Source of the DNA: Alphaproteobacteria bacterium | GTDB lineage: Bacteria; Pseudomonadota; Alphaproteobacteria; Bin95 | DNA: 64,000 nt | NCBI GenBank assembly: GCA_964291285.2 | Contig: OZ219787.1 | Span: 1,952,001 to 2,016,000 of the forward strand | Direction: 5' to 3' | Shown: one piece after another, positions 42,159 to 53,019 of the stretch | How the letters are laid out: every line of letters starts with the position of its first letter | Position numbering within the stretch: the first letter of the stretch is position 1 | The notes under the pieces: model-generated | Told to the model about the DNA's origin: nothing | The model's input: the letters and a program-made list of their open reading frames with translations, nothing else | Database searches by the model: none | Translations under genes and position numbers: made by a program

Positions 42159-42944
42159 ATGAGAATACCGCTCTACCAGGTGGACGCCTTTGCGGACCGG
42201 GCGTTCGCCGGCAATCCGGCCGCCGTCTGCCTGCTGGAGGAATGGCCGCCGGATTCGCTTCTGCAATCCATCGCGCTTGAGAACAATCTTTCCGAGACGG
42301 CCTTCCTGGTGCCGGAAGGGCCGGTATGGCGGCTGCGCTGGTTCACGCCGAAGGTCGAGGTCGATCTGTGCGGCCATGCGACGCTGGCTTCTGCCCATGT
42401 CGTCTTCGAGCATGTCCACCGGGAGGTGCAGAAGGTCGAGTTCGAGACGCGCAGCGGCAGGCTGACCGTTTATCGCAACGGCCCTGTTCTGAGCATGGAG
42501 TTCCCGGCCAATCCGCCCGAAGCGGCCGCGGAGCCGGAGGGGCTGGCGGATGCGCTGGGGACGGCTCCCGAAGCGGTTCTGGAGGCCCCGTTCATATGCG
42601 TGGCGGTCTTCCCCGACGAGCCGTCCGTCCGGGCGCTCAGTCCCGACTTCCGCCGTCTGGCAGCGCTGAACGGCGGAATTACCGCGGCCACCGCGCCGGG
42701 TGGCGAGGTGGATTTCGTGTCGCGCTGCTTCGCGCCCGGCGCGGGGATCGACGAGGACCCGGTAACCGGTTCGGCGCATTGCGCTCTGGCTCCCTATTGG
42801 GCGGACCGGCTCGGCAAGACAGCGCTGACGGCCCGGCAGGTATCGGAGCGCGGCGGGCGGCTTGCCTGCACCATGCAGGGGGACCGGGTGGTGATTTCCG
42901 GGCGCGCGGCGCCCTATCTCAGCGGGACCATCGAACTGCCATGA
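42159..42944 (+). CDS. PhzF-family isomerase/epimerase
   Basis: VDAF..GNPAAV, NLSETAF, EVDLCGHATLA, EDPVTGSAH. Confidence 0.93.
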   Translation: MRIPLYQVDAFADRAFAGNPAAVCLLEEWPPDSLLQSIALENNLSETAFLVPEGPVWRLRWFTPKVEVDLCGHATLASAHVVFEHVHREVQKVEFETRSGRLTVYRNGPVLSMEFPANPPEAAAEPEGLADALGTAPEAVLEAPFICVAVFPDEPSVRALSPDFRRLAALNGGITAATAPGGEVDFVSRCFAPGAGIDEDPVTGSAHCALAPYWADRLGKTALTARQVSERGGRLACTMQGDRVVISGRAAPYLSGTIELP

Positions 42945-43888
42945 CACTGCCCGGAAAGACGGAAATCGAGGCGGCGGCCGAGTTGGTTTACGGCGCATTC
43001 CCGGCGACCCCGCAGCGGGTCTGGCCGTTGCTAGCCGAGCGCGTCGGCACCGAGGCCTGGGTCAAGCACGAGAACCACACGCCCATCGGCGCTTTCAAGA
43101 TCCGGGGCGGGCTGGCCTACATGGCCCAGTGCGAAGCCGGAGGCATGGTGACGGCGACGCGCGGCAATCACGGCCAGTCCGTCGCCTATGCCGCCCGGCA
43201 GGCGGGCAAGCGGGTCACGGTCGTCGTGCCGGAGGGCAACAGCCGCGAGAAGAATGCCGCGATGCGGGCTTTCGGGGCCGACCTCGTGGTGCATGGCAGC
43301 GACTTCCAGGACGCCTTCGAGCATGCCCGCGCGCTGGCCGAAGGCGAAGGCCTGCATTTCCTGCCGTCCTTCCATCCGGCGCTGGTGGCCGGGGTGGCGA
43401 CCTACAGCTACGAGCTTCTCAGCGCCGCGCCGCATCTGGACACGCTCTATGTGCCCATCGGGCTCGGCTCCGGCATTTGCGGCGCTATCGCCGCGCGCGA
43501 GGCGCTGGGGCTCAGGACGGAGATCGTCGGCGTCGTCGCCCGAAAGGCGCCCTGCTACGCGCTGAGTTTCGAGGCGGGTCGGGCGGTTTCCACCAACAGC
43601 GCCGACACCATGGCCGACGGCATGGCCTGCCGCACGCCGGACGAGTCTGCGCTCGCGATCGTCCTGGAGCACGCGGCCCGCATCGTTGTCGTCGAGGATG
43701 ACGAGATCGAGGCGGCCATGCGCCATTACTTCACCGATACGCACAATGTGATCGAGGGCGCGGGCGCAGCACCCCTGGCGGCGCTGCTGAAGGAACGCGA
43801 CCGCATAGCAGGCAAGGCGGTCGGCCTCGTGGCGAGCGGCGGCAATATCGATATCGAGGTCTATCGCCGGGTGCTGGCCGGGGATTGA
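42941..43888 (+). CDS. PLP-dependent threonine dehydratase-like protein
   Basis: KHENHTPIGAFKIRGG, TRGNHG, PIGLGSG, SGGNID. Confidence 0.9.
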   Translation: MTLPGKTEIEAAAELVYGAFPATPQRVWPLLAERVGTEAWVKHENHTPIGAFKIRGGLAYMAQCEAGGMVTATRGNHGQSVAYAARQAGKRVTVVVPEGNSREKNAAMRAFGADLVVHGSDFQDAFEHARALAEGEGLHFLPSFHPALVAGVATYSYELLSAAPHLDTLYVPIGLGSGICGAIAAREALGLRTEIVGVVARKAPCYALSFEAGRAVSTNSADTMADGMACRTPDESALAIVLEHAARIVVVEDDEIEAAMRHYFTDTHNVIEGAGAAPLAALLKERDRIAGKAVGLVASGGNIDIEVYRRVLAGD

Positions 43889-43916
43889 TCCGGGGCGCAG
43901 GAGAGGACAGGCGACC

Positions 43917-44945
43917 ATGAAGGCGTCGATCGGCGTCGGCGGCTACGACCGGAGCGGCGGCGTAGAGCTCACCGAATTCGTGCAGGAGGCCGAGCGGCTG
44001 GGCGTGGATACCGCCTGGTCCGCCGAGGCGTGGGGGGCGGATGCCGCAACGTCGCTCGCCTTCCTTGCCGGGCGGACGACGCGCATCCGGCTCGGCACAG
44101 GCATCATGCAGATCAGCGCCCGTGCGCCGTCCATGACCGCGATGACGGCGCTGTCGCTGCACCACCTCTCCGGCGGGCGCTTTGCGCTGGGCCTCGGCGT
44201 CAGCGGCCCGCAGGTGGTGGAAGGGCTGCACGGCGCGGCCTATGCCCGCCCGCTCTCGCGGCTCAGGGAGACGGTCGCCATCATGCGCATGGCCTTTGCG
44301 GGCGAGAAATTGCAGTTCGAGGGCGCGGAATACCGGCTGCCGCGGCCGGGCGGCGAGGGCAAGGCGATCCGGCTGGATTTCCCGCCGACGGAGATACCCA
44401 TCTACCTGGCGACGCTCGGGCCCCGGGCGCTGGAATATACCGGCGAGGCGGCCGACGGCTGGCTCGGCACCTCCTTCTCGCCCGACTATCCGCAAGCGCA
44501 TCTCGACTATCTCCGCCGGGGCGCCGAGCGCGCCGGACGCACGCTCTCGGACCTCGACCTTGAGGCAGCCTGCACGGTCGCCATCGGCGAGGATGTCGAG
44601 CGGATGATCGAGGACCGCCGCCCCGGCGTCGCCTTCCAGATGGGCGCCATGGGGTCCGCGCGCACCAACTTCTACAACGACGCCTTTCGCCGGGCGGGCT
44701 TCGAGGAGGACGCACGGGCGATCCAGCGGCTCTGGATCGAAGGCAAGCGCGAGGAAGCGGCGAAGCGGGTGCCGGACGAGATGATTACCGCCTTCGGCGC
44801 CATCGGCACGCCGGACATGGTGCGCGCCCGCTTCGAAGCCTACCGGGATTGCGGCATGGACGGCATCAACCTGCGCTTCGATGCGCGCCTCGGCCACGCG
44901 GCCAGGATCGCCCAGCTCGAACAGGCCATGGACCTCCTGCCATGA
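43917..44945 (+). CDS. LLM-class (F420-type subfamily) oxidoreductase
   Basis: [35 protein letters not shown]. Confidence 0.88.
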   Translation: MKASIGVGGYDRSGGVELTEFVQEAERLGVDTAWSAEAWGADAATSLAFLAGRTTRIRLGTGIMQISARAPSMTAMTALSLHHLSGGRFALGLGVSGPQVVEGLHGAAYARPLSRLRETVAIMRMAFAGEKLQFEGAEYRLPRPGGEGKAIRLDFPPTEIPIYLATLGPRALEYTGEAADGWLGTSFSPDYPQAHLDYLRRGAERAGRTLSDLDLEAACTVAIGEDVERMIEDRRPGVAFQMGAMGSARTNFYNDAFRRAGFEEDARAIQRLWIEGKREEAAKRVPDEMITAFGAIGTPDMVRARFEAYRDCGMDGINLRFDARLGHAARIAQLEQAMDLLP

Positions 44946-45634
44946 CGGCGCTCGTCCTGCTCCGACACGGCCAGAGCGTGTGGAACCGCGAGGACCGCTT
45001 CACCGGCTGGGTCGATGTGGACCTGACCGAAGCGGGCGTGGCGGAGGCCGAGCGCGCGGGGGATGCGCTCCGCGCCCACGGGTTCGATTTCGACATCGCC
45101 TACACCTCGGTGCTGAAACGCGCCGTGCGCACACTCTGGATCGCGCTCGACCGCATGGATCGCATGTGGCTGCCGGTGATCCGCGACTGGCGGCTGAACG
45201 AACGCCATTACGGCGGGCTCACCGGCCTCAACAAGCAGGAGATGCGCGAGCTTCACGGCGAGGAGCAGGTGCATATCTGGCGGCGGAGCTTCGACACGCC
45301 GCCGCCCGCCCTCGAACGCTCGGACCCGCGCTGGCGGGAACAGGCGGCCGACCGGCGTTATGCCGGTGTGCCCGGCGGGGTGCCGACCTACGAGACGCTG
45401 AAGCTCACCATCGAGCGGGTCCGGCCCTATTGGGACGCCGAGATCGCGCCCAGGGTCCGGCGCGGCGAGCGGGTGCTGGTCTCCGCGCACGGCAACTCGC
45501 TCCGCGCGCTCATCAAGCATCTCGAGGGCATTTCGGACGCGGACATCCCGTCCTTCGAAATCGCGACCGGCCGCCCGCGCGTCTATGAGCTCGACGACGG
45601 GCTGAAACCCGTCAACGTCTTCGACCTCGACTGA
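44942..45634 (+). CDS. gpmA: 2,3-bisphosphoglycerate-dependent phosphoglycerate mutase
   Basis: [30 protein letters not shown]. Confidence 0.96.
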   Translation: MTALVLLRHGQSVWNREDRFTGWVDVDLTEAGVAEAERAGDALRAHGFDFDIAYTSVLKRAVRTLWIALDRMDRMWLPVIRDWRLNERHYGGLTGLNKQEMRELHGEEQVHIWRRSFDTPPPALERSDPRWREQAADRRYAGVPGGVPTYETLKLTIERVRPYWDAEIAPRVRRGERVLVSAHGNSLRALIKHLEGISDADIPSFEIATGRPRVYELDDGLKPVNVFDLD

Positions 45635-45635
45635 G

Positions 45636-46424
45636 ATGCAACTCCGCCGCCGCCCGACCGTCGCCGTCCTGCCGCTTGCGGGCGTGATCGGCGTGCCGGG
45701 CCGCAGCGGCGCCCGCGCGCTCACCTATGAGGCGGTGGCGCCCGGAATCGAGCGCGCCTTCGGCTACAAGCGGCTGGCGGCCGTCGCGCTTTCGATCAAC
45801 AGCCCCGGCGGCAGCGCCGTCCAGTCCGCCCGGATCGCCGACCGCATCCGCAGGCTCGGCGAGGAGAAGGGTGTGCCGGTGCTGAGCTTCGTGGACGATG
45901 TCGGCGCGTCGGGCGGCTACTGGCTTGCCTGCGCCGGATCAGAAGTCTTTGTGCATCCGGCATCCATCCTCGGCTCCATCGGCGTCATCTCCGCCGGGTT
46001 CGGCTTCGACGGCGCGCTTGCGCGGCTTGGTATCGAGCGCCGGGTGCATGCGTTGGGCGAGCGCAAAGGGATGCTGGACCCGTTTCGGCCCGAAAAGCCG
46101 GAAGACGTCGAAACGCTGCGCGCCATGCAGGAAGACATCCACGGCGTCTTCATCGATTGGGTGCGCGAGCGCCGGGGCGTACGCCTGAAGGAGGAGGGGA
46201 ACGACCTCTTTTCCGGCAGGGTGTGGACCGGCCGGCAGGCGGTCGAGCTCGGCCTCGCCGACGGGCTGGGCGAGATGCGCCAGGTGGTCCGCGAGCGGTT
46301 CGGCAAGCGGGTCCGGCTGCGGGTGGCGTTGCGCCGCCGCCGGCGCTTTCCGCTGCTGCCGGCGCTGCCGGGCCTCGCCGATGCAGTCGAGGAGCGGTTG
46401 CTTTGGGCGCGCTACGGTCTATGA
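45636..46424 (+). CDS. S49 family peptidase
   Basis: INSPGGS.VQS, ASGGYWLA, GSIGVI, FSG.VWTG. Confidence 0.9.
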   Translation: MQLRRRPTVAVLPLAGVIGVPGRSGARALTYEAVAPGIERAFGYKRLAAVALSINSPGGSAVQSARIADRIRRLGEEKGVPVLSFVDDVGASGGYWLACAGSEVFVHPASILGSIGVISAGFGFDGALARLGIERRVHALGERKGMLDPFRPEKPEDVETLRAMQEDIHGVFIDWVRERRGVRLKEEGNDLFSGRVWTGRQAVELGLADGLGEMRQVVRERFGKRVRLRVALRRRRRFPLLPALPGLADAVEERLLWARYGL

Positions 46425-46451
46425 AGGGGCCGGTGAAGGGAGAATCCGCCC

Positions 46452-46640
46452 ATGCTCTGGAAATTGCTGCTTCTCGCCGCCGTCATCGGGCTGGTGTTCT
46501 TCGGCTGGAAGCGGATCGAGGGCATGGCCCGCAAGGCCAACAAGCTCGTGAACAAGGTGCGGGACGAGCAGGACGCGGAGCCGATCGACCTCGAGCGCGA
46601 CCCGGAAAGCGGGTCCTACCGGAGGCGGGACCGGGACTGA
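46452..46640 (+). CDS. Small membrane-anchored hypothetical protein
   Basis: N-terminal TM segment, C-terminal [11 protein letters not shown]; AGGGAG RBS; between S49 peptidase and glyQ. Confidence 0.7.
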   Translation: MLWKLLLLAAVIGLVFFGWKRIEGMARKANKLVNKVRDEQDAEPIDLERDPESGSYRRRDRD

Positions 46641-46689
46641 TGCGCACGCGCGTCGACGCAGACCGGCGCGCCCGGGCCGCGGCCGCGCC

Positions 46690-47568
46690 ATGACGCCCGC
46701 GCCCAGCTTCCAGGAACTGATCCTGGCGCTCCAGCGCTTCTGGGCGGGGCAGGGCTGCGCCGTGCTGCAGCCCTACGACATGCAGGTGGGGGCGGGCACC
46801 TTCCATCCGGCGACGACCTTGCGCTCGCTCGGGCCGGAGCCCTGGCGCACCGCCTATGTGCAGCCCTCGCGCCGCCCGACCGACGGGCGCTACGGCGAGA
46901 ACCCCAACCGGCTCCAGCACTACTACCAGTTCCAGGTGCTGCTGAAGCCGAGCCCGCCGGACATTCTGGACCTCTATTTCGCCTCGCTGGCGGAAATCGG
47001 CATCGACGCGCGCGAGCACGACCTGCGGCTGGTCGAGGACGACTGGGAGAGCCCGACGCTCGGCGCCTGGGGCCTCGGCTGGGAGGTCTGGTGCGACGGC
47101 ATGGAGGTGAGCCAGTTCACCTATTTCCAGCAGGTCGGCGGCTATGACTGCAACCCGGTCTCGGGCGAGATCACCTACGGTCTGGAACGCCTCGCCATGT
47201 ATGTGCAGGGCGTCGAGAATGTCTACGACCTCGATTTCAACGGCGCGGGCCTCTCCTACGGCGACGTCTTCCACCAGGCCGAGCGGGAGTTCTCGGCCTA
47301 CAATTTCGAACATGCGGACACCGACGCGCTGTTCCGCCATTTCGCCGACGCGGAACGGCAATGCGCGGCGCTGGTGGAGGCGGGGCTGGCGCTGCCGGCT
47401 TACGACCAGTGCATTCTGGCAAGCCACGCCTTCAACATGCTGGACGCGCGCGGCGTCGTCAGCGTGACCGAGCGGGCGGCCTATATCGGGCGGGTGCGCG
47501 CGCTTGCGCGGGCCTCGGCCGGCGTCTGGCTCCGCTCCCGCGGCCACCTGGACAAGGCGGCGGCATGA
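46690..47568 (+). CDS. glyQ: Glycine--tRNA ligase alpha subunit
   Basis: [41 protein letters not shown]. Confidence 0.98.
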   Translation: MTPAPSFQELILALQRFWAGQGCAVLQPYDMQVGAGTFHPATTLRSLGPEPWRTAYVQPSRRPTDGRYGENPNRLQHYYQFQVLLKPSPPDILDLYFASLAEIGIDAREHDLRLVEDDWESPTLGAWGLGWEVWCDGMEVSQFTYFQQVGGYDCNPVSGEITYGLERLAMYVQGVENVYDLDFNGAGLSYGDVFHQAEREFSAYNFEHADTDALFRHFADAERQCAALVEAGLALPAYDQCILASHAFNMLDARGVVSVTERAAYIGRVRALARASAGVWLRSRGHLDKAAA

Positions 47569-49616
47569 GCGAGCTGCTCGTCGAACTGCTGTCGGAGGAG
47601 ATTCCGGCCCGGATGCAGGACCGCGCGCGGCGCGATTTCGAACGCCTTGTGCTGGACGGGCTGAAAGAAGCCGACCTCGCACACGGAAGCTCGCGGGCCT
47701 TCGCCACGCCGCGCCGGATCGCGCTGGTCGTCGAGGGCCTGCCGGACCGCCAGCCGGACCGCACCGAGGAGCGCAAGGGCCCCCGCGTCGGCGCGCCGGA
47801 CCGGGCGGTGGAGGGCTTCCTGAAGGCGGCCGGCCTCGCCAGCCTCGACGAGTGCGAGCGCCGGCGGCAAGGCAAGGCCGAGTTCTGGTTCGCCGTGCGC
47901 AAGGTGCCGGGCCGTCCGGCGCGCGAGGTGCTGGCGGAGATCGTGGCGGATGCGGTGGGCGGCCTCGCCTGGCCCAAATCCATGCGCTGGGGCGATGCGC
48001 CGATGCGCTATGTGCGCCCGCTGCGCGGCGTGCTGGCGGTGTTCGCCGGCAAACCGCTGCCCGGCGGCATAGAGGTCGGCGGCACGGAAGGGCGGCTCGA
48101 CTTCTCGAATCGCACACAGGGCCACCGCTTCATGGCGCCGAAGGCCTTCCCGGTCGCCGGCTTTGCCGATTACGAGGCGAAGCTGCGGGCGGCCTTCGTG
48201 CTGATCGATGCGGAAGAGCGCATGCAGCACATCCGGGAGGGAGCGCCGGAGGGAGTGCGCCTCTCCGAACACCTGCTGGCCGAGAATGCGGGCCTCACCG
48301 AATGGCCGGTGCCGGGCGTCGGCGGTTTCGATCCTGCCTTTCTCGAACTGCCGCCCGAGGTGCTGGTGACGAGCATGGAGTCGCATCAGCGCTATTTCCC
48401 GGTGGAGGACGAGGCGGGCGGGCTCGCGCCGCGCTTCCTGTTCGTCGCCAATATCGAGGCGCCCGACGGCAATGCGGCGGTCCGGGCCGGAAACGAACGC
48501 GTACTGCGTGCGCGTCTCGCCGACGCGAGGTTCTTCTGGGAACAGGACCGTTTGCGCCTGCTGGAAGACCGCCTGCCCATGCTCGACAAGGTGGTGTTCC
48601 ACGCGAAGCTCGGCAGCATCGGCGACAAGGTCCGGCGTCTGGAGCGGCTGGCGGAACGGCTGGCTCCCTTCGTCCCCGGCGCCGACCTTGTCCGTTGCCG
48701 GCAGGCCGTGCGCCTCGCCAAGGCCGACCTCGTGACGGGCATGGTCGGCGAGTTTCCCGAATTGCAGGGCGCGATGGGCCGCTATTACGCGCTCGGCGAG
48801 GGGCTGGACACCGAAGTGGCCGATGCGGTGGCGGCGCATTACCGCCCGCAGGGGCCCGGCGACGAAGCCCCGAATGCGCCGGTGTCCATCGCCGCGGCGT
48901 TGGCAGACAAGTTCGACACGCTCGCCGGGTTCTTCTCCATCGACGAGCGGCCGACGGGTTCGCGCGACCCGTTCGCGCTCCGCCGCGCGGCGCTCGGCAT
49001 CGTGCGCATCGTGCTGGAGAACGGCCTGCGCCTTCCGCTGCGCCCCGCGATTGCGGCGGCGCTGGAGGGCTACGGAACGGACGAGGGCGGCGAGGCGCTG
49101 TTCGCCTTTTTCGAGGACCGCCTCAAGGCGCATCTGCGCGAGCGCGGCGCAAGGCATGACCTTGTGTCCGCCGTCTTTGCGCTCGGTACCGAGGACGACC
49201 TGACCCGTCTGATGGCGCGCGTCTCCTTCCTCGAACGCTTCGTGGACGAGGAGGACGGCGCCAACCTGCTGGCCGCCTGCAAGCGCGCCGGCAGCATCCT
49301 CGCCATCGAGGAGAAGAAGGACAGCGCCTCCTACGGCGCGGATCCCGACCCGTCGGCCTTTGCCGTCGAGGCGGAACGCGCCCTGCACGCGGCGCTCGCG
49401 GAGGCCAGCACGGCGGCCTCCCGCGCGGTCGAGGCCGAGGACTTCTCCGCTGCAACACAGGCGCTGGCGACATTGCGCGCGCCGGTGGACCGGTTCTTCG
49501 ACGAGGTGACGGTCAATGCCGACGATGCCGCGCTTCGGGCCAACCGGCTCCGGCTGCTCGCCGGCATCCGCGCCGCGACCGCAGGCGTTGCGGACTTCTC
49601 CCGGATAGAGGGCTGA
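47565..49616 (+). CDS. glyS: Glycine--tRNA ligase beta subunit
   Basis: [40 protein letters not shown]. Confidence 0.97.
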   Translation: MSELLVELLSEEIPARMQDRARRDFERLVLDGLKEADLAHGSSRAFATPRRIALVVEGLPDRQPDRTEERKGPRVGAPDRAVEGFLKAAGLASLDECERRRQGKAEFWFAVRKVPGRPAREVLAEIVADAVGGLAWPKSMRWGDAPMRYVRPLRGVLAVFAGKPLPGGIEVGGTEGRLDFSNRTQGHRFMAPKAFPVAGFADYEAKLRAAFVLIDAEERMQHIREGAPEGVRLSEHLLAENAGLTEWPVPGVGGFDPAFLELPPEVLVTSMESHQRYFPVEDEAGGLAPRFLFVANIEAPDGNAAVRAGNERVLRARLADARFFWEQDRLRLLEDRLPMLDKVVFHAKLGSIGDKVRRLERLAERLAPFVPGADLVRCRQAVRLAKADLVTGMVGEFPELQGAMGRYYALGEGLDTEVADAVAAHYRPQGPGDEAPNAPVSIAAALADKFDTLAGFFSIDERPTGSRDPFALRRAALGIVRIVLENGLRLPLRPAIAAALEGYGTDEGGEALFAFFEDRLKAHLRERGARHDLVSAVFALGTEDDLTRLMARVSFLERFVDEEDGANLLAACKRAGSILAIEEKKDSASYGADPDPSAFAVEAERALHAALAEASTAASRAVEAEDFSAATQALATLRAPVDRFFDEVTVNADDAALRANRLRLLAGIRAATAGVADFSRIEG

Positions 49617-49619
49617 GGC

Positions 49620-52286
49620 ATGGCCCGCTGGGTTTACGCCTTCGGCGGCGAGCGGACCGACGGGCGCGCGGAGATGAACGCGCTTTTGGGCGGCAAGGGC
49701 GCCAATCTCGCGGAGATGGCGCGGCTCGGCCTGCCGGTGCCGCCGGGTTTCACCCTCACCACGGAGGTCTGCACGCGGTTCTACGCCGACGGCGAACGCT
49801 ATCCCGACGGGTTGGAAGAGCAGGTCGAGGCGGCTTTGGCGGAAGTGGAGGCGGCCGTCGGCAGGCGCTTCGGCGGCGAGGCGGACCCGCTTCTGGTCTC
49901 GGTGCGCTCGGGCGCGCGGGTGTCCATGCCCGGCATGATGGACACGGTGCTCAATCTCGGCCTGAACGACCGGACGGTGGAGGCGCTCACGGCGAGCTCC
50001 GGCGACCGGCGCTTCGCCTTCGACAGCTACCGGCGCTTCGTCCAGATGTTCGCCGATGTGGCGCTGGGCGTGGACCGGGGCTTGTTCGAGGAAGAGATCG
50101 AGATCCTGAAGGACGAGAAGGGCGTGGACGCCGACGCCGATCTCGACGCGGGCGACTGGAGCAGCCTCGTCGCCCGCTTCAAGGAGATCGTGCTGGAGGA
50201 GACCGGCGCGCCCTTCCCGCAGGAGCCGCGCGCCCAGCTTTGGGAGGCCATAGGCGCGGTGATGCGAAGCTGGCAGACGCCGCGCGCGCGGACCTACCGC
50301 CGCCTGCACGGCATTCCCGAGGAGTGGGGCACGGGCGTCAATGTGCAGGCCATGGTGTTCGGCAATATGGGCGAGGACTGCGCCACGGGCGTCGCCTTCA
50401 CCCGCAATCCCTCCACCGGCGAGAATGCGCTTTACGGGGAATATCTGGTCAACGCCCAGGGCGAGGACGTGGTGGCCGGCATACGCACGCCGCAGAGCCT
50501 GACAGTGGCGGATGCGGAAGCGCGCGGCTCGACCCTGCCGCCGATGGAGCGCGCCATGCCGGAGGCGTTCGCCCGGCTCATGGAGATGCGCGACCGGCTG
50601 GAACGCCACTTCCATGACATGCAGGACATCGAGTTCACCGTCGAGACGGGCCGGCTCTGGATGCTCCAGACGCGCTCGGGCAAGCGCACCGCCCAGGCCG
50701 CGCTGCAGATCGCCGTCGATCTGGTGGATGAAGGAACCATCGGGCCGGACGAGGCGGTCATGCGGGTCGAGCCGCAGGCGCTGGAGCAGCTTCTGCATCC
50801 GACGCTCGACCCCGATGCCGAACGCGATGTGATCGCGCGCGGCCTGCCGGCCTCGCCCGGCGCGGCCTCCGGCCGGATCGTCTTCACCGCGGATGCCGCC
50901 GAGCAGGCGGCCGCGAATGGCGAGGCGGTCATCCTGGTGCGCAGCGAGACCAGCCCCGAGGACATTCACGGGATGCATGCAGCGCGGGGTATCCTCACTT
51001 CGCGCGGCGGCATGACGAGCCATGCGGCGGTGGTCGCGCGCGGCATGGGACGGGCCTGCGTTTCAGGCGCGGGCGCGGTCAGGATCGATGTCGAGGACGG
51101 GGTCATGCTTGCGGGCGGGCGGACCTTCAAGACCGAAGACCGGATCACCATAGACGGCGGCACCGGCGAGGTGATGGCGGGCGAGATCGCCACCATCCAG
51201 CCGGAGGTGACCGGCGGTTTCGCGCGGCTGATGGAATGGGCGGACGATGCGCGGCGGCTCCGGGTGCGCGCCAATGCGGAGACGCCCCGCGACGCCGAGG
51301 CCGCGCGCGCCTTCGGCGCCGAGGGCATCGGGCTCTGCCGCACCGAGCACATGTTCTTCGACGCGGGCCGCATCCTCGCCATGCGCGAAATGATCCTGGC
51401 CGACGACGAGGCCGGGCGCCGCGCCGCGCTCGCCAAGCTGCTGCCGATGCAGCGGCAGGATTTCGCCGACCTGTTCCGGATCATGGACGGCCTGCCGGTG
51501 ACGATCCGGCTGCTGGACCCGCCGCTGCACGAATTCCTGCCGCGCACCGAGGAGGAGACCGCCGAGGTGGCCGAGGCCGCCGGGGTCGATGCGGTGAAGC
51601 TGCGCCGCCGCGCGCTGCGCCTGGAAGAAGCCAACCCGATGCTCGGCCATCGCGGTTGCCGGCTCGGCATCACCTGGCCCGAAATCTACGAGATGCAGGC
51701 CCGCGCGATCTTCGAGGCCGCCGCCGAAACCGGGGCCGAGCCCGAGGTCATGGTGCCGCTGGTCGCGGCCGGCAGCGAGCTCGAACGCATCGGGGCGGTG
51801 ATCGACCGGACGGCGGCGATGGTTGCGGAAGAGACGGGCAGGGCGCTCGCCTACAGCACCGGCACGATGATCGAGCTGCCGCGCGCCGCGCTCAGGGCTG
51901 CCGAGATCGCCGCCGCCGCGGAGTTCTTCTCCTTCGGCACCAACGACCTGACGCAGACCGCCTTCGGCATTTCCCGCGACGACGCCGGCTCTTTCCTGGG
52001 CGCCTATCGCGACAGCGGCATCCTGGCGAACGACCCGTTCGAGACGCTGGACATCGAAGGCGTGGGCGAGCTGGTGCGCCTCGCCGCCGAACGCGGCCGG
52101 GCCACGCGGCCGGACCTCAAGCTCGGCATCTGCGGCGAGCATGGCGGCGACCCGGCCTCGGTCGCCTTCTGCCACGAAATCGGCCTCGACTACGTCTCCT
52201 GCTCTCCCTACCGCGTCCCCGTAGCCCGGCTCGCCGCCGCCCAGGCCGCGCTGGCTGCGGGGGAGGAGAGCGGGGAAGAGGGATAG
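49620..52286 (+). CDS. ppdK: Pyruvate, phosphate dikinase
   Basis: LGGKGANLAEM, GGMTSHAAVVARG, GLCRTEHMF, GICGEHGG. Confidence 0.98.
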   Translation: MARWVYAFGGERTDGRAEMNALLGGKGANLAEMARLGLPVPPGFTLTTEVCTRFYADGERYPDGLEEQVEAALAEVEAAVGRRFGGEADPLLVSVRSGARVSMPGMMDTVLNLGLNDRTVEALTASSGDRRFAFDSYRRFVQMFADVALGVDRGLFEEEIEILKDEKGVDADADLDAGDWSSLVARFKEIVLEETGAPFPQEPRAQLWEAIGAVMRSWQTPRARTYRRLHGIPEEWGTGVNVQAMVFGNMGEDCATGVAFTRNPSTGENALYGEYLVNAQGEDVVAGIRTPQSLTVADAEARGSTLPPMERAMPEAFARLMEMRDRLERHFHDMQDIEFTVETGRLWMLQTRSGKRTAQAALQIAVDLVDEGTIGPDEAVMRVEPQALEQLLHPTLDPDAERDVIARGLPASPGAASGRIVFTADAAEQAAANGEAVILVRSETSPEDIHGMHAARGILTSRGGMTSHAAVVARGMGRACVSGAGAVRIDVEDGVMLAGGRTFKTEDRITIDGGTGEVMAGEIATIQPEVTGGFARLMEWADDARRLRVRANAETPRDAEAARAFGAEGIGLCRTEHMFFDAGRILAMREMILADDEAGRRAALAKLLPMQRQDFADLFRIMDGLPVTIRLLDPPLHEFLPRTEEETAEVAEAAGVDAVKLRRRALRLEEANPMLGHRGCRLGITWPEIYEMQARAIFEAAAETGAEPEVMVPLVAAGSELERIGAVIDRTAAMVAEETGRALAYSTGTMIELPRAALRAAEIAAAAEFFSFGTNDLTQTAFGISRDDAGSFLGAYRDSGILANDPFETLDIEGVGELVRLAAERGRATRPDLKLGICGEHGGDPASVAFCHEIGLDYVSCSPYRVPVARLAAAQAALAAGEESGEEG

Positions 52287-52373
52287 GCGCGGGCGGGGCG
52301 GCGGGTTGCCGTGCGCCGCTCTCCGTCACCCCGCCCTCATCCCAACAGCGGCGCCAGCCCGGCCGCTTCCCAC

Positions 52374-52513
52374 CCCTCATCCTGAGTAGCGCCGCTTCCG
52401 GCGTCAGCCGGGAGCGGCGCGTATCGAAGGACCGTCCCCGCCGTCCCCTTCGACAAGCTCAGGACAGGCTTTCGATACGCGCCCGCTGACGCGGCCGCTA
52501 CTCAGGATGAGGG
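52374..52513. repeat. Composite REP-like palindromic element
   Basis: Outer IR CCCTCATCCTGAGTAGCG/CGCTACTCAGGATGAGGG, inner IR GCGCGTATCGAA/TTCGATACGCGC, nested CCTTCGACAAGCTCAGGACAGG. Confidence 0.85.
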
Positions 52514-52587
52514 AGTTGGCGGCCCCATGTCGTCGCTCCGGAGCCCGCTGCGAGGCCTTGTGCGGATAGGGCGACGGTGGGGGAATC

Positions 52588-52842
52588 TCACGAAGCTTCG
52601 CGCACATGAACGCGGTCATGGACCCGGTCTCCCGCGACAGAGCGGTGGGCGAACAGGAGGCACGCCTGGATATCCTCCGGGGTCAGGTCGGGATATTCCT
52701 CCAGTATCGTTTCCGCGCTGTCCCCGGCGGCCAGCATTCCGAGCACATGCTCCACGGCAATTCGCATGTCGCGGACCAGCGGCTTTCCGCCGAAGACATC
52801 CGAGCGCACCGTGATTCGCGCCAGCAATTCCGCGTCGGTCAT
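52588..52842 (-). CDS. DUF433-family antitoxin (orphan)
   Basis: RITVRSDVFGGKPLVRDMRIAVEHVLGML...YPDLTPEDIQACLLFA. Confidence 0.9.
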   Translation of the reverse strand: MTDAELLARITVRSDVFGGKPLVRDMRIAVEHVLGMLAAGDSAETILEEYPDLTPEDIQACLLFAHRSVAGDRVHDRVHVREAS

Positions 52843-53019
52843 GGTTCCGCTCCGACCGTTCGACCCGGCTCCGGGCGAGCGGCGTCCGGGTTGCGCGCCC
52901 GGGCAGCCGCGCCCTGCGGGACCCAGACTAGCACACCCGGAGGTTCGTTTGCCGCAAGCTCTTCGCTTCAGGCAGAACCGCACCCTCTATATGGCCGGAA
53001 CAGGCCGCGGGTTGCGCGG

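Noticed and set aside
47481-51023. Very long antisense ORFs (1180 aa here; also 16523-19753, 19744-22728, 26592-29525)
   Set aside because: Shadow frames opposite well-conserved genes, expected at this GC content because stop codons are scarce.
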